Of a stretch of 64,000 bases of DNA, positions 1 through 9,176 are shown piece after piece. Each line of letters starts with the position of its first letter. Position 1 is the first letter of the stretch. The notes below the pieces were generated by a model that was given only the letters and a program-made list of their open reading frames with translations, made no database searches and had not been told where the DNA came from. A program made the position numbers and the translations under genes. Origin of the DNA: Myxococcales bacterium. GTDB taxonomy: Bacteria > Myxococcota_A > Polyangia > Haliangiales > Haliangiaceae. The DNA lies in the NCBI GenBank assembly GCA_016716835.1, contig JADJUW010000003.1, positions 48,534 through 112,533 of the forward strand, in the 5' to 3' direction.

Positions 1-2
1 TG

Positions 3-122
3 GCGGATGAGTACGACGACAAGATCGTCGCCAAGTTCGGCGGCCAACGCATGCGCGATCTAATCAAAGAAGCCGCCGTCGGCAAGATGAAGCGCGCGCA
101 CACCAACAGCGAAGCGTACTAA
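3..122 (+). CDS. 3' end of an upstream gene (partial, product not identifiable)
   Basis: Frame 3 is open from the window edge. It reads ...ADEYDDKIVAKFGGQRMRDLIKEAAVGKMKRAHTNSEAY and stops at TAA 120-122, 19 nt before the next gene. Confidence 0.4.
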   Translation, partial: ADEYDDKIVAKFGGQRMRDLIKEAAVGKMKRAHTNSEAY

Positions 123-141
123 GCAGGCAAAGGACACGTCG

Positions 142-1314
142 ATGGCCAACAACAATCAGCAAGGGTTTGGCACCAAGGCAATTCACGCCGGCCAGTCACC
201 CGATCCGACCACGGGCGCCGTGATGACGCCCATCTATCTCACCTCGACGTATGCGCAAACTGCGCCCGGCGAGCACAAGGGCTTTGAATACTCGCGTTCG
301 CACAATCCAACGCGCTATGCGCTCGAAGACAATATTGCGGCGCTCGAAGGCGGCAAACATGGGTTGGCGTTTGCCTCCGGTCTCGCGGCCACCACGGCGA
401 TCGTGCAATTGCTCGACACCGGCGCGCATGTGATTGCCACCGACGACCTCTACGGCGGCACGTTTCGCGTCTTTGACAAGGTGTTTCGCCGCCACGGCTT
501 TGAGTTCAGCTATGTCGATCCGGTCATTGGCGCCGCAGCGGTCGAGGCCGCGGTGAGGCCAAACACCAAGATGGTGTGGCTGGAAACGCCGACTAACCCG
601 ATGCTCAAGCTGATCGACATCGCGGCAGTGGCCGAGGTGTGTCGCAAGCACAAGCTCTTGCTGGTGGTCGATAACACGTTCATGACGCCATACAATCAGC
701 TGCCGCTGGCGCTTGGCGCTGACATCGTTTGTCACTCCACGACCAAGTATCTCAACGGTCACTCAGATGTGGTCGGCGGCGCGGTGGTCACGGCCAATAG
801 CGAGCTTAACGACCGGCTGAAGTTTTTGCAGAATGCCTGCGGCGGCGTCGCCGGGCCCATGGACGCGTGGCTGGTGCTGCGCGGCACCAAGACGCTGCAC
901 GTGCGCATGGCGCGCCACGAAGAAAATGCGCGCTACCTGGCGCCGTGGCTTGAGGCGCACCCACAGGTGCAAAAGGTCATCTACCCTGGGCTTGAGAGCC
1001 ATCCACAGCACGCGCTGGCGATGCGGCAACAAAAAGGCTTTGGCGGCATGATCAGCTTTGTGCTCAGCGGCGGCCTCAAAGAGGCGCGCGCCTTTTTATC
1101 GGCGTGCAAGCTGTTCACGCTGGCCGAGTCACTCGGCGGCGTTGAGTCGCTGATTGAGCACCCAGCGATCATGACCCACGCCAGCATTCCGCCCGAGCGC
1201 CGCGCCGCGCTCGGCATCGCCGATGGCTTCATTCGCCTCAGCGTCGGCATCGAAGACGTCGCAGATTTACAAGCCGACCTCGAAATCGCGTTTGCCGCCG
1301 CCCGCGGCGCGTGA
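142..1314 (+). CDS. Cys/Met-metabolism PLP-dependent enzyme (cystathionine gamma-synthase / gamma-lyase / beta-lyase family)
   Basis: 390-aa ORF with N-terminal 'GTKAIHAG' and the PLP-lysine region 'HSTTKYLNGHSDVVGG', both typical of the trans-sulfuration family. The exact activity cannot be assigned by eye. Confidence 0.9.
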   Translation: MANNNQQGFGTKAIHAGQSPDPTTGAVMTPIYLTSTYAQTAPGEHKGFEYSRSHNPTRYALEDNIAALEGGKHGLAFASGLAATTAIVQLLDTGAHVIATDDLYGGTFRVFDKVFRRHGFEFSYVDPVIGAAAVEAAVRPNTKMVWLETPTNPMLKLIDIAAVAEVCRKHKLLLVVDNTFMTPYNQLPLALGADIVCHSTTKYLNGHSDVVGGAVVTANSELNDRLKFLQNACGGVAGPMDAWLVLRGTKTLHVRMARHEENARYLAPWLEAHPQVQKVIYPGLESHPQHALAMRQQKGFGGMISFVLSGGLKEARAFLSACKLFTLAESLGGVESLIEHPAIMTHASIPPERRAALGIADGFIRLSVGIEDVADLQADLEIAFAAARGA

Positions 1315-1332
1315 CCGCTGGGTGCACGTCGC

Positions 1333-2064
1333 TCATTGCGAATGTAATCGCGGATCTGCGACGAGGTCGAGGATGTCGCCACGATGGAGTTGGGCGATGA
1401 CCGAATCGGTAACTACATAGACTGGCTGCGCGCTCACCACCGTGGCGACGTTGCCGATGACCTCGACCGCACCGTGATTGGCCATGGCGAGGACCGGGAT
1501 GCCGCTGGTGGCGAAAAAGTCGGCAATCTCGGCGTCATGTGGGTCGGGCGTATAGTGTGCCCACGCGGCGTAACGGCCGACCTGTTGCATGCCGGTAAAG
1601 GTCGCCAGGCCGACGTCATTCGGATCGTGCGCGTAGCGGAAATCCTGGCCAAGGATCAGCGAGCCGGCGCTGTTGCTGCCAAGCCACGCGCCACTGGCAA
1701 GGTGCGCCCGCAGCGTCGGCACGAAGCCGCTGCAGGCAAACTCGTGCCACAGCGCAAAGGTGTTGCCGCCACCGATAAAAACCGCGCGGAATTGCGCTAG
1801 GTCGGACGCAGTGCGGTCATGCAGGTCTGTCCACGTGGTGACCGCTGAAGGCGCGACGCCATGCGGTGCGAGCCATTCACAGAAGCGGTCGTGATAGGCC
1901 TCATGCTTGGCCGCGGGCCACGCGTGTGGCAAGAGCAACATGGGGCGATCCGCCGCGGTGGCAGTGACCGCCAGCAAGTGCGCGATGCCGTCGGCGAGGC
2001 TGTCGGTGTCCCAGCCGCCAGTGAGGACAAGACGCGGACCAATCATCGGCCGCCAGGGTAACAC
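1333..2064 (-). CDS. Peptidase S51 (dipeptidase E / cyanophycinase-like) family protein
   Basis: Contains 'FIGGGNTFALW' and the nucleophile-elbow-like 'GSNSAGSLILG', characteristic of family S51. Confidence 0.65.
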   Translation of the reverse strand: MLPWRPMIGPRLVLTGGWDTDSLADGIAHLLAVTATAADRPMLLLPHAWPAAKHEAYHDRFCEWLAPHGVAPSAVTTWTDLHDRTASDLAQFRAVFIGGGNTFALWHEFACSGFVPTLRAHLASGAWLGSNSAGSLILGQDFRYAHDPNDVGLATFTGMQQVGRYAAWAHYTPDPHDAEIADFFATSGIPVLAMANHGAVEVIGNVATVVSAQPVYVVTDSVIAQLHRGDILDLVADPRLHSQ

Positions 2065-2149
2065 AGCGAATGTGGTCGTTGTAACTGAGGTAGCCGCCTG
2101 CGCTTGCGGCGACGCAGCCCATGGTGAATAGTCGCGGCCAGGGACGGTT

Positions 2150-3232
2150 ATGAAAAAATTGGGTTGGCAGCACTGCCAGGCTTGGTTGGCGATTTCATTG
2201 CTCGTGGTGGGCTGCGGTCATCGGACCAGGCTTGGTGGGGAGGCCGCTTCCGCGAGCGACCACGCTGAGCCGTCTGGCCCACACGATCCTGCGGGTCCGC
2301 CGCCATCGGTGCTTGCCGTCGGCTACATGCAGCGGTGCTGTTTGACCGACGCCGGGCGCGTTGACTGTGCGGGAGGCAGTGAGCATGGTGAGTCGAAACC
2401 GCCGGCGGAGGCGATGACGGCGATCAGCGCGGGGCTGTATACAACGTGCGGGATCGACGCGAGCCAGCGCTTGCGGTGCTGGGGCCAGTGGAGCCCGGCC
2501 TCCGATCCGACCTGGGACGATGCCTTACGGTTTCGAAGCGTCGCGGTCGGGCGTGATTTCGCCTGCGCGCTTACATTGGAAAAAAACATGGTGTGTTGGT
2601 CGAGCGAGGCCTTTACGGCGATTCCGAGCGGCCCGTTTGAGCGCATCGACGCGGGCTACTCGTCGGCGTGCGCCATGCGCGCAAATGGCGAGGTCCGCTG
2701 TGCCGGCTTTGCCGAGCAGCCAGACCCGATCCTATGTGACGATCTGGAGCACGTTGCGTGGGCGCCGGTGCCCGACGACGCCTGCGAGCCAGGTCGCCTC
2801 GTGCCACGAAGTTGGAGCCATCCGCCAAAAGGCCTGGTTGCAACCACCTTTGCGGTTGGAGACGATCACGCCTGCGCGCGCACCACGCAGGGCGCCGTCG
2901 TTTGCTGGGGCGCGTGGGGTTACGGCGACGGCAATACCATTTGGTCGACGCACTTGTTTCCGCCAAAACTGCCGCAACATGTAGTGAAGCTGACGGCGGG
3001 AGGTGGGAGCACGTGTGCGCTCACGGCCGAGGGCGAGGCGATATGCTGGGGTGGCCAAGCACAAACGCCGCTGACGGGACGTTTTTTGGATATCGATGCG
3101 GGTGCGAACGGGACGTGCGGGTTGCGCGCCGATGGCACCGTCGAATGCTTTGACCACGCAAGTTTTGCCGGTACGCCGGCAGATCCAAACGTGTTGCAAT
3201 GTGCCGCGCGTGGCCCGGCGCTAAATGACTAG
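2150..3232 (+). CDS. Lipoprotein with RCC1-like beta-propeller repeats
   Basis: Signal peptide with lipobox 'LLVVGC'. About six ~50-aa repeats end in Cys-containing strands ('LRCWGQW','MVCWSS','VRCAGF','VVCWGAWG','AICWGG','VECF'), as in RCC1/Alpha-tubulin-suppressor repeats. Confidence 0.7.
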   Translation: MKKLGWQHCQAWLAISLLVVGCGHRTRLGGEAASASDHAEPSGPHDPAGPPPSVLAVGYMQRCCLTDAGRVDCAGGSEHGESKPPAEAMTAISAGLYTTCGIDASQRLRCWGQWSPASDPTWDDALRFRSVAVGRDFACALTLEKNMVCWSSEAFTAIPSGPFERIDAGYSSACAMRANGEVRCAGFAEQPDPILCDDLEHVAWAPVPDDACEPGRLVPRSWSHPPKGLVATTFAVGDDHACARTTQGAVVCWGAWGYGDGNTIWSTHLFPPKLPQHVVKLTAGGGSTCALTAEGEAICWGGQAQTPLTGRFLDIDAGANGTCGLRADGTVECFDHASFAGTPADPNVLQCAARGPALND

Positions 3233-4405
3233 GCAGAGGTTGGTCGCGGTGGCGCGCGCCATGGTGGCGATGATCGACTTGGGGGCAAAGCCATCAAATT
3301 TGCATTCGAGGGTGTCGATGCGCCCGATGTGAAATCGATCGACCGAGACGCGCGCCGAGCCGAGCGGCACATCTTTGGCCGTGACATCAAAGAGCCCAAT
3401 GTCGCCGCGGATGAGGCCGGGTGCAGGCGGGTAGGCCAAGAAGCCGTCAAGGTGCACGTCGACCAGTCCCGGCTCGTTGTCGCCGCCAAAGAGCAGCGCG
3501 CCGTCGCCGAGTTCGAGCGCGCGGGGCGCGGTGAGCGAGAGGTCGACCTTGATGTCGCTCATTTTAAGCGACCTCAGCGTCGAGCGCTTTTTCTTGGCAT
3601 CGTCGTCTTGCTCGGGCGCGCGTCGAAAATCGCCGAGGCAGCGCAACGGGATGCGGCCAAAGGCGGCGAGCGATTGCGCGTCGGGATCGAGGTGCCAAGC
3701 GATGATTTCGCGTGAGGTGCGCGCCAACATGGGCACGCCAAAGCGCAGCGCGAGCGCGTCGTTGTCGAGGCTTAAATCTAAGAAGGCGCCTTCCAGCCAG
3801 CGCAGGCTGGCCTCGAGCGCGCGGAAATCGAGGCTGCCGTCACGGATAGGCACGTCGAGCTTTTGGTCGAGCGTGCGCATGCCTAGCACGGGCAGCTCAA
3901 GCTCCACTTGCAGGGTCATCTTGAGCGTGCCGTGCAGGGCGTCGAGAAAGCGCAGGCGGTCTTGCATGCGGCCGCTGGTAAACTGCTTGACCGCAGGCGA
4001 TTCGAGTTGGTGTGCGAGCTGCGTCGGCTCGACATGGCTGATTTCAAAGCCGACGTCCGACAGCGAGACGTGGGGCGAAATGAGCTCCATGCCGCCGCCG
4101 GCCGACTTGGTGAGCTGCATGCCGCGCGGCATCTCGAACCGCTCGGCGCTCATCGTGAATGAGCCGTGTTCGCTGCGCATCCAGGCGCGGCTGCACGCGG
4201 TGCTTTCCGTGGCCCAGTGCGTGTGGTCCAAGCTGGTGGTTAGCCCTTCAATTTGGACGTCGGCGCCGCCATAGTGAAGCGTGCCGGCGCGGCCGTCGAT
4301 CTTATCAGCCTCAAGGTGACGGAAATCGAGCCGCCTCGCGCCCTCTTCGAGGCGGATGGCAAAGCCCTTAGCGCGGACATCCGCATCCAAGCGGTGGTCG
4401 GACAT
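3221..4405 (-). CDS. Hypothetical cytoplasmic protein
   Basis: The long ORF is trimmed to the internal ATG at 4405 (MSDHRLDADV...), because the upstream 85 codons are Ser/Arg-rich junk overlapping the divergent gene. No recognisable motif. Confidence 0.55.
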   Translation of the reverse strand: MSDHRLDADVRAKGFAIRLEEGARRLDFRHLEADKIDGRAGTLHYGGADVQIEGLTTSLDHTHWATESTACSRAWMRSEHGSFTMSAERFEMPRGMQLTKSAGGGMELISPHVSLSDVGFEISHVEPTQLAHQLESPAVKQFTSGRMQDRLRFLDALHGTLKMTLQVELELPVLGMRTLDQKLDVPIRDGSLDFRALEASLRWLEGAFLDLSLDNDALALRFGVPMLARTSREIIAWHLDPDAQSLAAFGRIPLRCLGDFRRAPEQDDDAKKKRSTLRSLKMSDIKVDLSLTAPRALELGDGALLFGGDNEPGLVDVHLDGFLAYPPAPGLIRGDIGLFDVTAKDVPLGSARVSVDRFHIGRIDTLECKFDGFAPKSIIATMARATATNLCLVI

Positions 4406-4529
4406 AGGGCCAGAGGGTACGGGCCAGGGCGGCAAAAGCAAGGCGACGACCCACCCTAAATGCCAGGATGGCGGGGCCGATCGCTCGCCGCCCCTTGCGC
4501 TGTCAGCGGATCGTGCTTTTCTTAGGGCT

Positions 4530-4862
4530 ATGAACAGCCCCCTCGCAAACCTCTTGGCCCGCGATCTAAGCGATATCGATCGCGAGGAGGTTGCCGATGT
4601 TGAGCTTACCTTAGAGATATCTGACGACGGCGACGACGCCGAAGCCGACGACGAACCCATTGCGAAGTCGGCCGTCGAGCAGGCGCTTTATGACGCCGCG
4701 CAGCTGGCTTCACACACCGGTGTCGGGCTCGATGTGTTCATGAAGGCCGCGTGGTCGGCCTACCTTGAGACGCATCCCGAGGTGCATGAAAAGATTGAAC
4801 GGCAGGCGCTCATCAAGCACCTCAAGATGCTACGGCGCACCGGCAAAATCGGGTTGGCGTAA
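4530..4862 (+). CDS. Small acidic hypothetical protein
   Basis: ORF trimmed to ATG 4530 (MNSPLANLLARDLSDIDREE...). It has an acidic N-terminal half and a helical C-terminal half. Divergent from 3221-4405. Confidence 0.45.
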   Translation: MNSPLANLLARDLSDIDREEVADVELTLEISDDGDDAEADDEPIAKSAVEQALYDAAQLASHTGVGLDVFMKAAWSAYLETHPEVHEKIERQALIKHLKMLRRTGKIGLA

Positions 4863-4896
4863 GCGGTACTACCGCTCGGCCGCCCTGGCGGTGAAC

Positions 4897-5169
4897 CTAT
4901 CGATAGACCTCGCGGCGGTGGCCAATTTTGATTATCGCGATCGTTACTACGCTACGTTCGATCGTATAGATGACGCGGTAGTCTTGAAGTCGAACGCGAA
5001 AGAGAGAGCTAGCACCTTTTAGCTTCTTAATCTGCAGCAACTCGGTGTGCGGGTTGAACGACAATAGGTGGACGGCCTCCAAGATTCTCGCTTGCGCCTT
5101 TTTGGGCAGGGCGTGAAGTTCCTTGACTGCGCTCTGCTTAAAAACGACTGCGAACGCCGGCTGCATCAT
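4897..5169 (-). CDS. Type II toxin, RelE/ParE family
   Basis: 90 aa with the family hallmarks '...KKLKGASSLFRVRLQDYRVIYTIE...IIKIGHRREVYR'. Its start overlaps the stop of the upstream small gene by 4 nt (5166-5169). Confidence 0.85.
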   Translation of the reverse strand: MMQPAFAVVFKQSAVKELHALPKKAQARILEAVHLLSFNPHTELLQIKKLKGASSLFRVRLQDYRVIYTIERSVVTIAIIKIGHRREVYR

Positions 5170-5378
5170 TTCAGTTTCTTGATTACGCTCGCCAGCGAGA
5201 GTTCTTCCTCATCGCGCCGGGCTCTATACGCCGCAAGGTCGATTTCATCTTCGAGCTGTTCGCGAATCGCCTGCTCGACGACACTTTGGATTTTCAGGCC
5301 GCGTTGCTTGCAAAAAAGCGTTAGCGCGACTTTCAAATCATGGTCGATGCTCGTTGAGAGGGTTGCCAGCTTAGACAT
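5166..5378 (-). CDS. Type II antitoxin (RHH/ParD-RelB-like)
   Basis: 70-aa ORF immediately upstream of, and overlapping, the RelE/ParE toxin gene. It has a predicted N-terminal strand-helix-helix and an acidic C-terminal tail (EDEIDLAAYRARRDEEE). Confidence 0.75.
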   Translation of the reverse strand: MSKLATLSTSIDHDLKVALTLFCKQRGLKIQSVVEQAIREQLEDEIDLAAYRARRDEEELSLASVIKKLK

Positions 5379-5499
5379 GGTTTCAAGGGTACCATGGAAA
5401 ACCTTGGTTTTAAAAGGTTTGAATTTGGGTTCTCGTTAGATGAAACGCTTGTCGTGCCATCCGGGGCACAAATGGTGGTGTTTGACCGCGGAATTTACG

Positions 5500-6096
5500 T
5501 TACTTGGCGAGGGCGCGACGTAGCATCAGTTGCGCTTTTGAGCCAAAGTCTGCGGCCGCCTTTATCAAGGCGATTTTATCTTGCTTCATCGCCGGGGTAA
5601 TTGTTCCACGGACTTTTAGCGACCGAATAAAAAGCACAAGTGTAGCTCGCTCACGGCCGTTGTGGGAGATCGTTACGTGCGAACGAATTGTTACCTTGCC
5701 AGATTGCGCATCCTCTTCGGCAAACTCAGCGAACTTCAAGGCGTGCTCGCCTGATCTTTTCTCGCCACTTATTTTGGTTCGTTTTATTTCATACGGCGTT
5801 TGCTCAAACGTGGTTGAGCCGATGATTTCACCATTGCTCTTGTAAGAAGCAACTGTAAATGAGGTCGCGCTCGGATTGGTCATGAGCTTGGTGGATCCGT
5901 TGCGGTGCGTCTTGGTGCCCATGCTCATGTTGAGGTCAGGGAAGGGCCGGGATCTTGGCGAGCGCGCGACTTTGGCAGCGCGCTTTTGGGCGGCCTTAAA
6001 TTCGGCCTGCAGTGGGGTTTTGGATCTTGAGGCGTGGGCGGCCGAACCCAAGGTGGAGACGAAAACGATAAGTATGAGAGTTGGTATTTTATTCAT
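5500..6096 (-). CDS. Secreted hypothetical protein, tandem paralog A
   Basis: Signal peptide ending 'GSAAHA'. The mature N-terminus 'SRSKTPLQAEFKAAQKRAAK' and the C-terminus 'ITPAMKQDKIALIKAA...RRALAK' are shared with the next gene. Confidence 0.7.
   Translation of the reverse strand: MNKIPTLILIVFVSTLGSAAHASRSKTPLQAEFKAAQKRAAKVARSPRSRPFPDLNMSMGTKTHRNGSTKLMTNPSATSFTVASYKSNGEIIGSTTFEQTPYEIKRTKISGEKRSGEHALKFAEFAEEDAQSGKVTIRSHVTISHNGRERATLVLFIRSLKVRGTITPAMKQDKIALIKAAADFGSKAQLMLRRALAK
5953..6056. repeat. Direct repeat copy 1 (5' coding cassette of the tandem paralogs)
   Basis: About 100 nt aligns with 6593-6696 at a fixed 640-nt offset, with roughly 85% identity by eye (e.g. 'ttttgggcggccttaaattcggcc' is identical). 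The rest of the two genes is far more diverged. Confidence 0.75.
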
Positions 6097-6136
6097 AGGA
6101 TTTCTCGACTCGTAGTTGATGACGTAGAAGGCTCGA

Positions 6137-6739
6137 CTAGTCTGCCAGCGCGCGGCGGGCGGCGGTCAACATGACCGAGCCGTAGGGCTCGACCGCCTTA
6201 AGCAGGGCCTTGCGGTTTTGCTTCATGCCTGGAGTAATGGGACCAGATACCTGGAGTTCACTTGTGGGCGTGAGCAGAAAAGAAAGCGGAGCCGTGCTGT
6301 AGTCTGACGGATGAACAAATACATAGACCATCGGTTGCCGCGTGCCATTTGGCGACTCGATGACGGAGGTCGACCCTGAGACCACAAATCCGGCGACCTC
6401 TTGGATGCCTGGATTCTCGGTGCGCATGAGCGTGCCATCGGCGTGTTTCGTAAACTCAATCGTGCGGATAAGCTCCTTGGAAGGCTTGAGAAACGAGGTT
6501 CGAAAATGGTCGACTTTGTTGTTGGTCAGGGTCTCGGTGAAGCCGCGCTTGGTTGACCGGGCCCCGAAGCTCCTGAAGTTGTCGCGCGAGGATTTTGGCG
6601 AGCGAACGATTTTGGCTGCGCGTTTTTGGGCGGCCTTAAATTCGGCCAGCAGCGGCGTTTTGGATCGAGAGGCGTGGGCCGCTGACGCCAACGTGGCCAA
6701 GGCAAGGGCAACCACGATAGTGGCTATCGGTTTCATCAT
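6137..6739 (-). CDS. Secreted hypothetical protein, tandem paralog B
   Basis: Signal peptide ending 'ASAAHA', then 'SRSKTPLLAEFKAAQKRAAK'. The C-terminus 'ITPGMKQNRKALLKAV...RRALAD' parallels 5500-6096. Confidence 0.7.
   Translation of the reverse strand: MMKPIATIVVALALATLASAAHASRSKTPLLAEFKAAQKRAAKIVRSPKSSRDNFRSFGARSTKRGFTETLTNNKVDHFRTSFLKPSKELIRTIEFTKHADGTLMRTENPGIQEVAGFVVSGSTSVIESPNGTRQPMVYVFVHPSDYSTAPLSFLLTPTSELQVSGPITPGMKQNRKALLKAVEPYGSVMLTAARRALAD
6593..6696. repeat. Direct repeat copy 2 (5' coding cassette of the tandem paralogs)
   Basis: See 5953-6056. Confidence 0.75.
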
Positions 6740-6827
6740 GGTGAGGACATAAGCAATCGGTGTGCCACGCCCGGCACGGCGTTTTGGCGCGCTGGAACGC
6801 CGGAGTCTAGGCAGGTTCGCCAGGTTG

Positions 6828-6849
6828 TAAGGGGACGTACAACCCCTTA
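6828..6849 (-). terminator. Possible hairpin terminator downstream of thrC
   Basis: 7-bp stem TAAGGGG/CCCCTTA with an 8-nt loop, 30 nt after the thrC stop. There is no clear U-tract, hence the low confidence. Confidence 0.3.
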
Positions 6850-6878
6850 AGCCGCGACGCAGGTGGCATCTGCGGTGG

Positions 6879-8186
6879 CTATGCGTGCTTCAATTGACGC
6901 ACCAAGTCAGCATAATCCGTGGCAATAACGGTGCGGCTTGGATGCCCGCTTAGCGTCGCGAGTGCTGGGGGTAGAGCTAGGTTGGTGCCAAGGATCGCTT
7001 GGACGTCGGTTTGAAACTTTGCCGGATGCGCGGTCTCTAAAATGATTCCGTGGGCGTCGGCAAGATCGGCACAATCGCGCAGTTGCTGCCACGCGTGCAA
7101 GGCCACCGCGCCGTGGGGGTCGAGGATCATGCCGTGATCGGCGTGGGCGGCACGCATGGTTGCGCGCGTTTCGTCGTCGGTGCTGATGTGGCCGAGGATA
7201 TCGGCGCGCATCGCTTCGACATCGTTTTGGTAGAGCGCAAACAAGCGCTCGCTATTGCTCGGGGCGCCGACGTCCATGGCGTTGGAGATGGTCGCGATGG
7301 TGGGATGCGGCTCATAGCCGCCAGTTTGCAGATAGCGCGGCAGCGCATCATTGGCATTGGTAGCGGCAATAAAACGATGCACCGGCAAGCCGAGGCGCTT
7401 CGCAAACACGCCGGCAGCGAGATTGCCAAGGTTGCCACTCGGCACGCAAAACACCAGCGGCTCACCGGCGGGCCGCTGCGCCGCGGCGGCGAAATAGTAA
7501 ACGGCTTGCGGCAGCCAGCGCGCGACGTTGATCGAGTTGCATGACACCAACGGCACGTGAGCGCGCAGCGCGGCGTCGGCGAAGGCTTGCTTGACCAGGC
7601 GTTGGCAGTCGTCGAAGGCGCCGTCGACGGCAAATGCTGCTACGTTGTCGCCCCACGACGTGAGTTGCTTTTCCTGCAACTCGCTGACGCCGCCATTGGG
7701 GTAAAGGATCACGACGCGAAAGCCTGGCAGATTGTGAAATGCCGCGGCCACGGCGCCGCCAGTATCGCCGCTGGTGGCGACGAGGACGGTCAATGGTGGC
7801 TGGCCTGCGGTGCCACCCTGATGGAAGTAGGCGAGGAGCTGGCCCATCCACTGCGCCGCGAAATCTTTGAACGCGAGCGAGGGGCCGTGGAAGAGCTCGA
7901 GCACCGACGTGGAGGCGTCAAGCGGCACCAGTGGCGCGGCAAACGTAAACGCACGTGCGGCCATGGCGGCAATTTCGGCGCGCGGGATTTCATCGCCGAT
8001 GATATGCGCCATGACGGTGGTGGCAATTTCGGGGATTGTCGCGGTGCGCAGCGAGGCGAGCGCGGCGGCGGACAACGGGGCGATGTGCGCTGGCATGTAA
8101 AGGCCGCCGTCGGGCGCGAGCGATTGCAAGACGGCGTCGCGAAAGGTTGTGGGCGGTGCCTGGTGGCGCGTGCTGATCCAGTTCAT
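6879..8186 (-). CDS. thrC: Threonine synthase
   Basis: 435 aa with the PLP-lysine motif 'GPSLAFKDFA'. It is the last gene of a thrA-thrB-thrC array. Confidence 0.92.
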   Translation of the reverse strand: MNWISTRHQAPPTTFRDAVLQSLAPDGGLYMPAHIAPLSAAALASLRTATIPEIATTVMAHIIGDEIPRAEIAAMAARAFTFAAPLVPLDASTSVLELFHGPSLAFKDFAAQWMGQLLAYFHQGGTAGQPPLTVLVATSGDTGGAVAAAFHNLPGFRVVILYPNGGVSELQEKQLTSWGDNVAAFAVDGAFDDCQRLVKQAFADAALRAHVPLVSCNSINVARWLPQAVYYFAAAAQRPAGEPLVFCVPSGNLGNLAAGVFAKRLGLPVHRFIAATNANDALPRYLQTGGYEPHPTIATISNAMDVGAPSNSERLFALYQNDVEAMRADILGHISTDDETRATMRAAHADHGMILDPHGAVALHAWQQLRDCADLADAHGIILETAHPAKFQTDVQAILGTNLALPPALATLSGHPSRTVIATDYADLVRQLKHA

Positions 8187-8210
8187 GGCGTTGGTTATTG
8201 TAGGAGCGAG

Positions 8211-9176
8211 CTAAGAGGCTGACTTGACGTAGGCGCCCGTGGCGTTGATCGGCGACACCCATGCGTTGCACGGCAGCCGCGCCTTGCGAAACACGGCCTG
8301 CATCGCGGTGGCGACGCGTTTCGCGACGACGCGACTGGCGGCCAGCGCGAACATCGAAGGTCCCGAGCCGGAGATGCCCGCACCAAGCGCGCCGGCGGCA
8401 AGCGCGGCGGCCTTGACCGCGTCGTACTTTGGAATGAGATGCTTGCGCTGCGGCTCGATGATGTGATCGTTAAGACAACGGCCAAGCAAGGCTAGATCGC
8501 CAAGGCACAGCGCGGCGATGAGGGCGGCTAGATCGCCAGACTGCGCGATCCATTGCGCCCTTGGGACCTTTGGCGCCAGCACGCGGCGCGCATCGGCAGT
8601 AAGAATTTGCACCGCCGGATGCACCACCACCGCGTGCAACGCCTTGGGGTACGGCAGCGAAATCACATCGAGCGCCGCATTGTCGCGAATCAAGATCATG
8701 CCTCCGAGCAGGCTGGGCGCGACATTGTCGGCGTGCCACGCGCCGTCGGCTTTTTGCTCACCGGCGACCGCAAAGCGAAGCAGCGCTTGCTTGGGTAGCG
8801 GCATGCCGAGCAGGGTATTGACCGCGACAACGGCGGCGGCCGCGCTGGCGGCGCTGGAGCCAAGGCCCGTGCCGCGCGCCATTCCTTTTTGCAGCCGCAA
8901 CGTGATCGAGGTTTTGCCCTCACCGAGATGCTGCAGTAGCGACCACGCGGCAAAGCCCGCGGTGTTCGCCTTGAGTTCGCGTGGAAAGCCGTCGTTGGGC
9001 TCATCGTCGGCAAAGCGCAGGCCTGGCCGGCTACCGCGCTCGGCGATCACGATGTCGCCTGGCGCATCAATGGCAAATCCCAAGATATCAAAGCCGCAGG
9101 CAACGTTAGCGACGGTCGCCGGCGAAAACGCCTCCACGCGCTGCAGCCGCGCGCTACGCCCGCTTGCGCGGCTCAC
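8211..9176 (-). CDS. thrB: Homoserine kinase (GHMP kinase)
   Basis: GHMP motif 'GTGLGSSAASAAA'. 4-nt overlap with the thrA stop (9173-9176). Confidence 0.9.
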   Translation of the reverse strand: MSRASGRSARLQRVEAFSPATVANVACGFDILGFAIDAPGDIVIAERGSRPGLRFADDEPNDGFPRELKANTAGFAAWSLLQHLGEGKTSITLRLQKGMARGTGLGSSAASAAAAVVAVNTLLGMPLPKQALLRFAVAGEQKADGAWHADNVAPSLLGGMILIRDNAALDVISLPYPKALHAVVVHPAVQILTADARRVLAPKVPRAQWIAQSGDLAALIAALCLGDLALLGRCLNDHIIEPQRKHLIPKYDAVKAAALAAGALGAGISGSGPSMFALAASRVVAKRVATAMQAVFRKARLPCNAWVSPINATGAYVKSAS

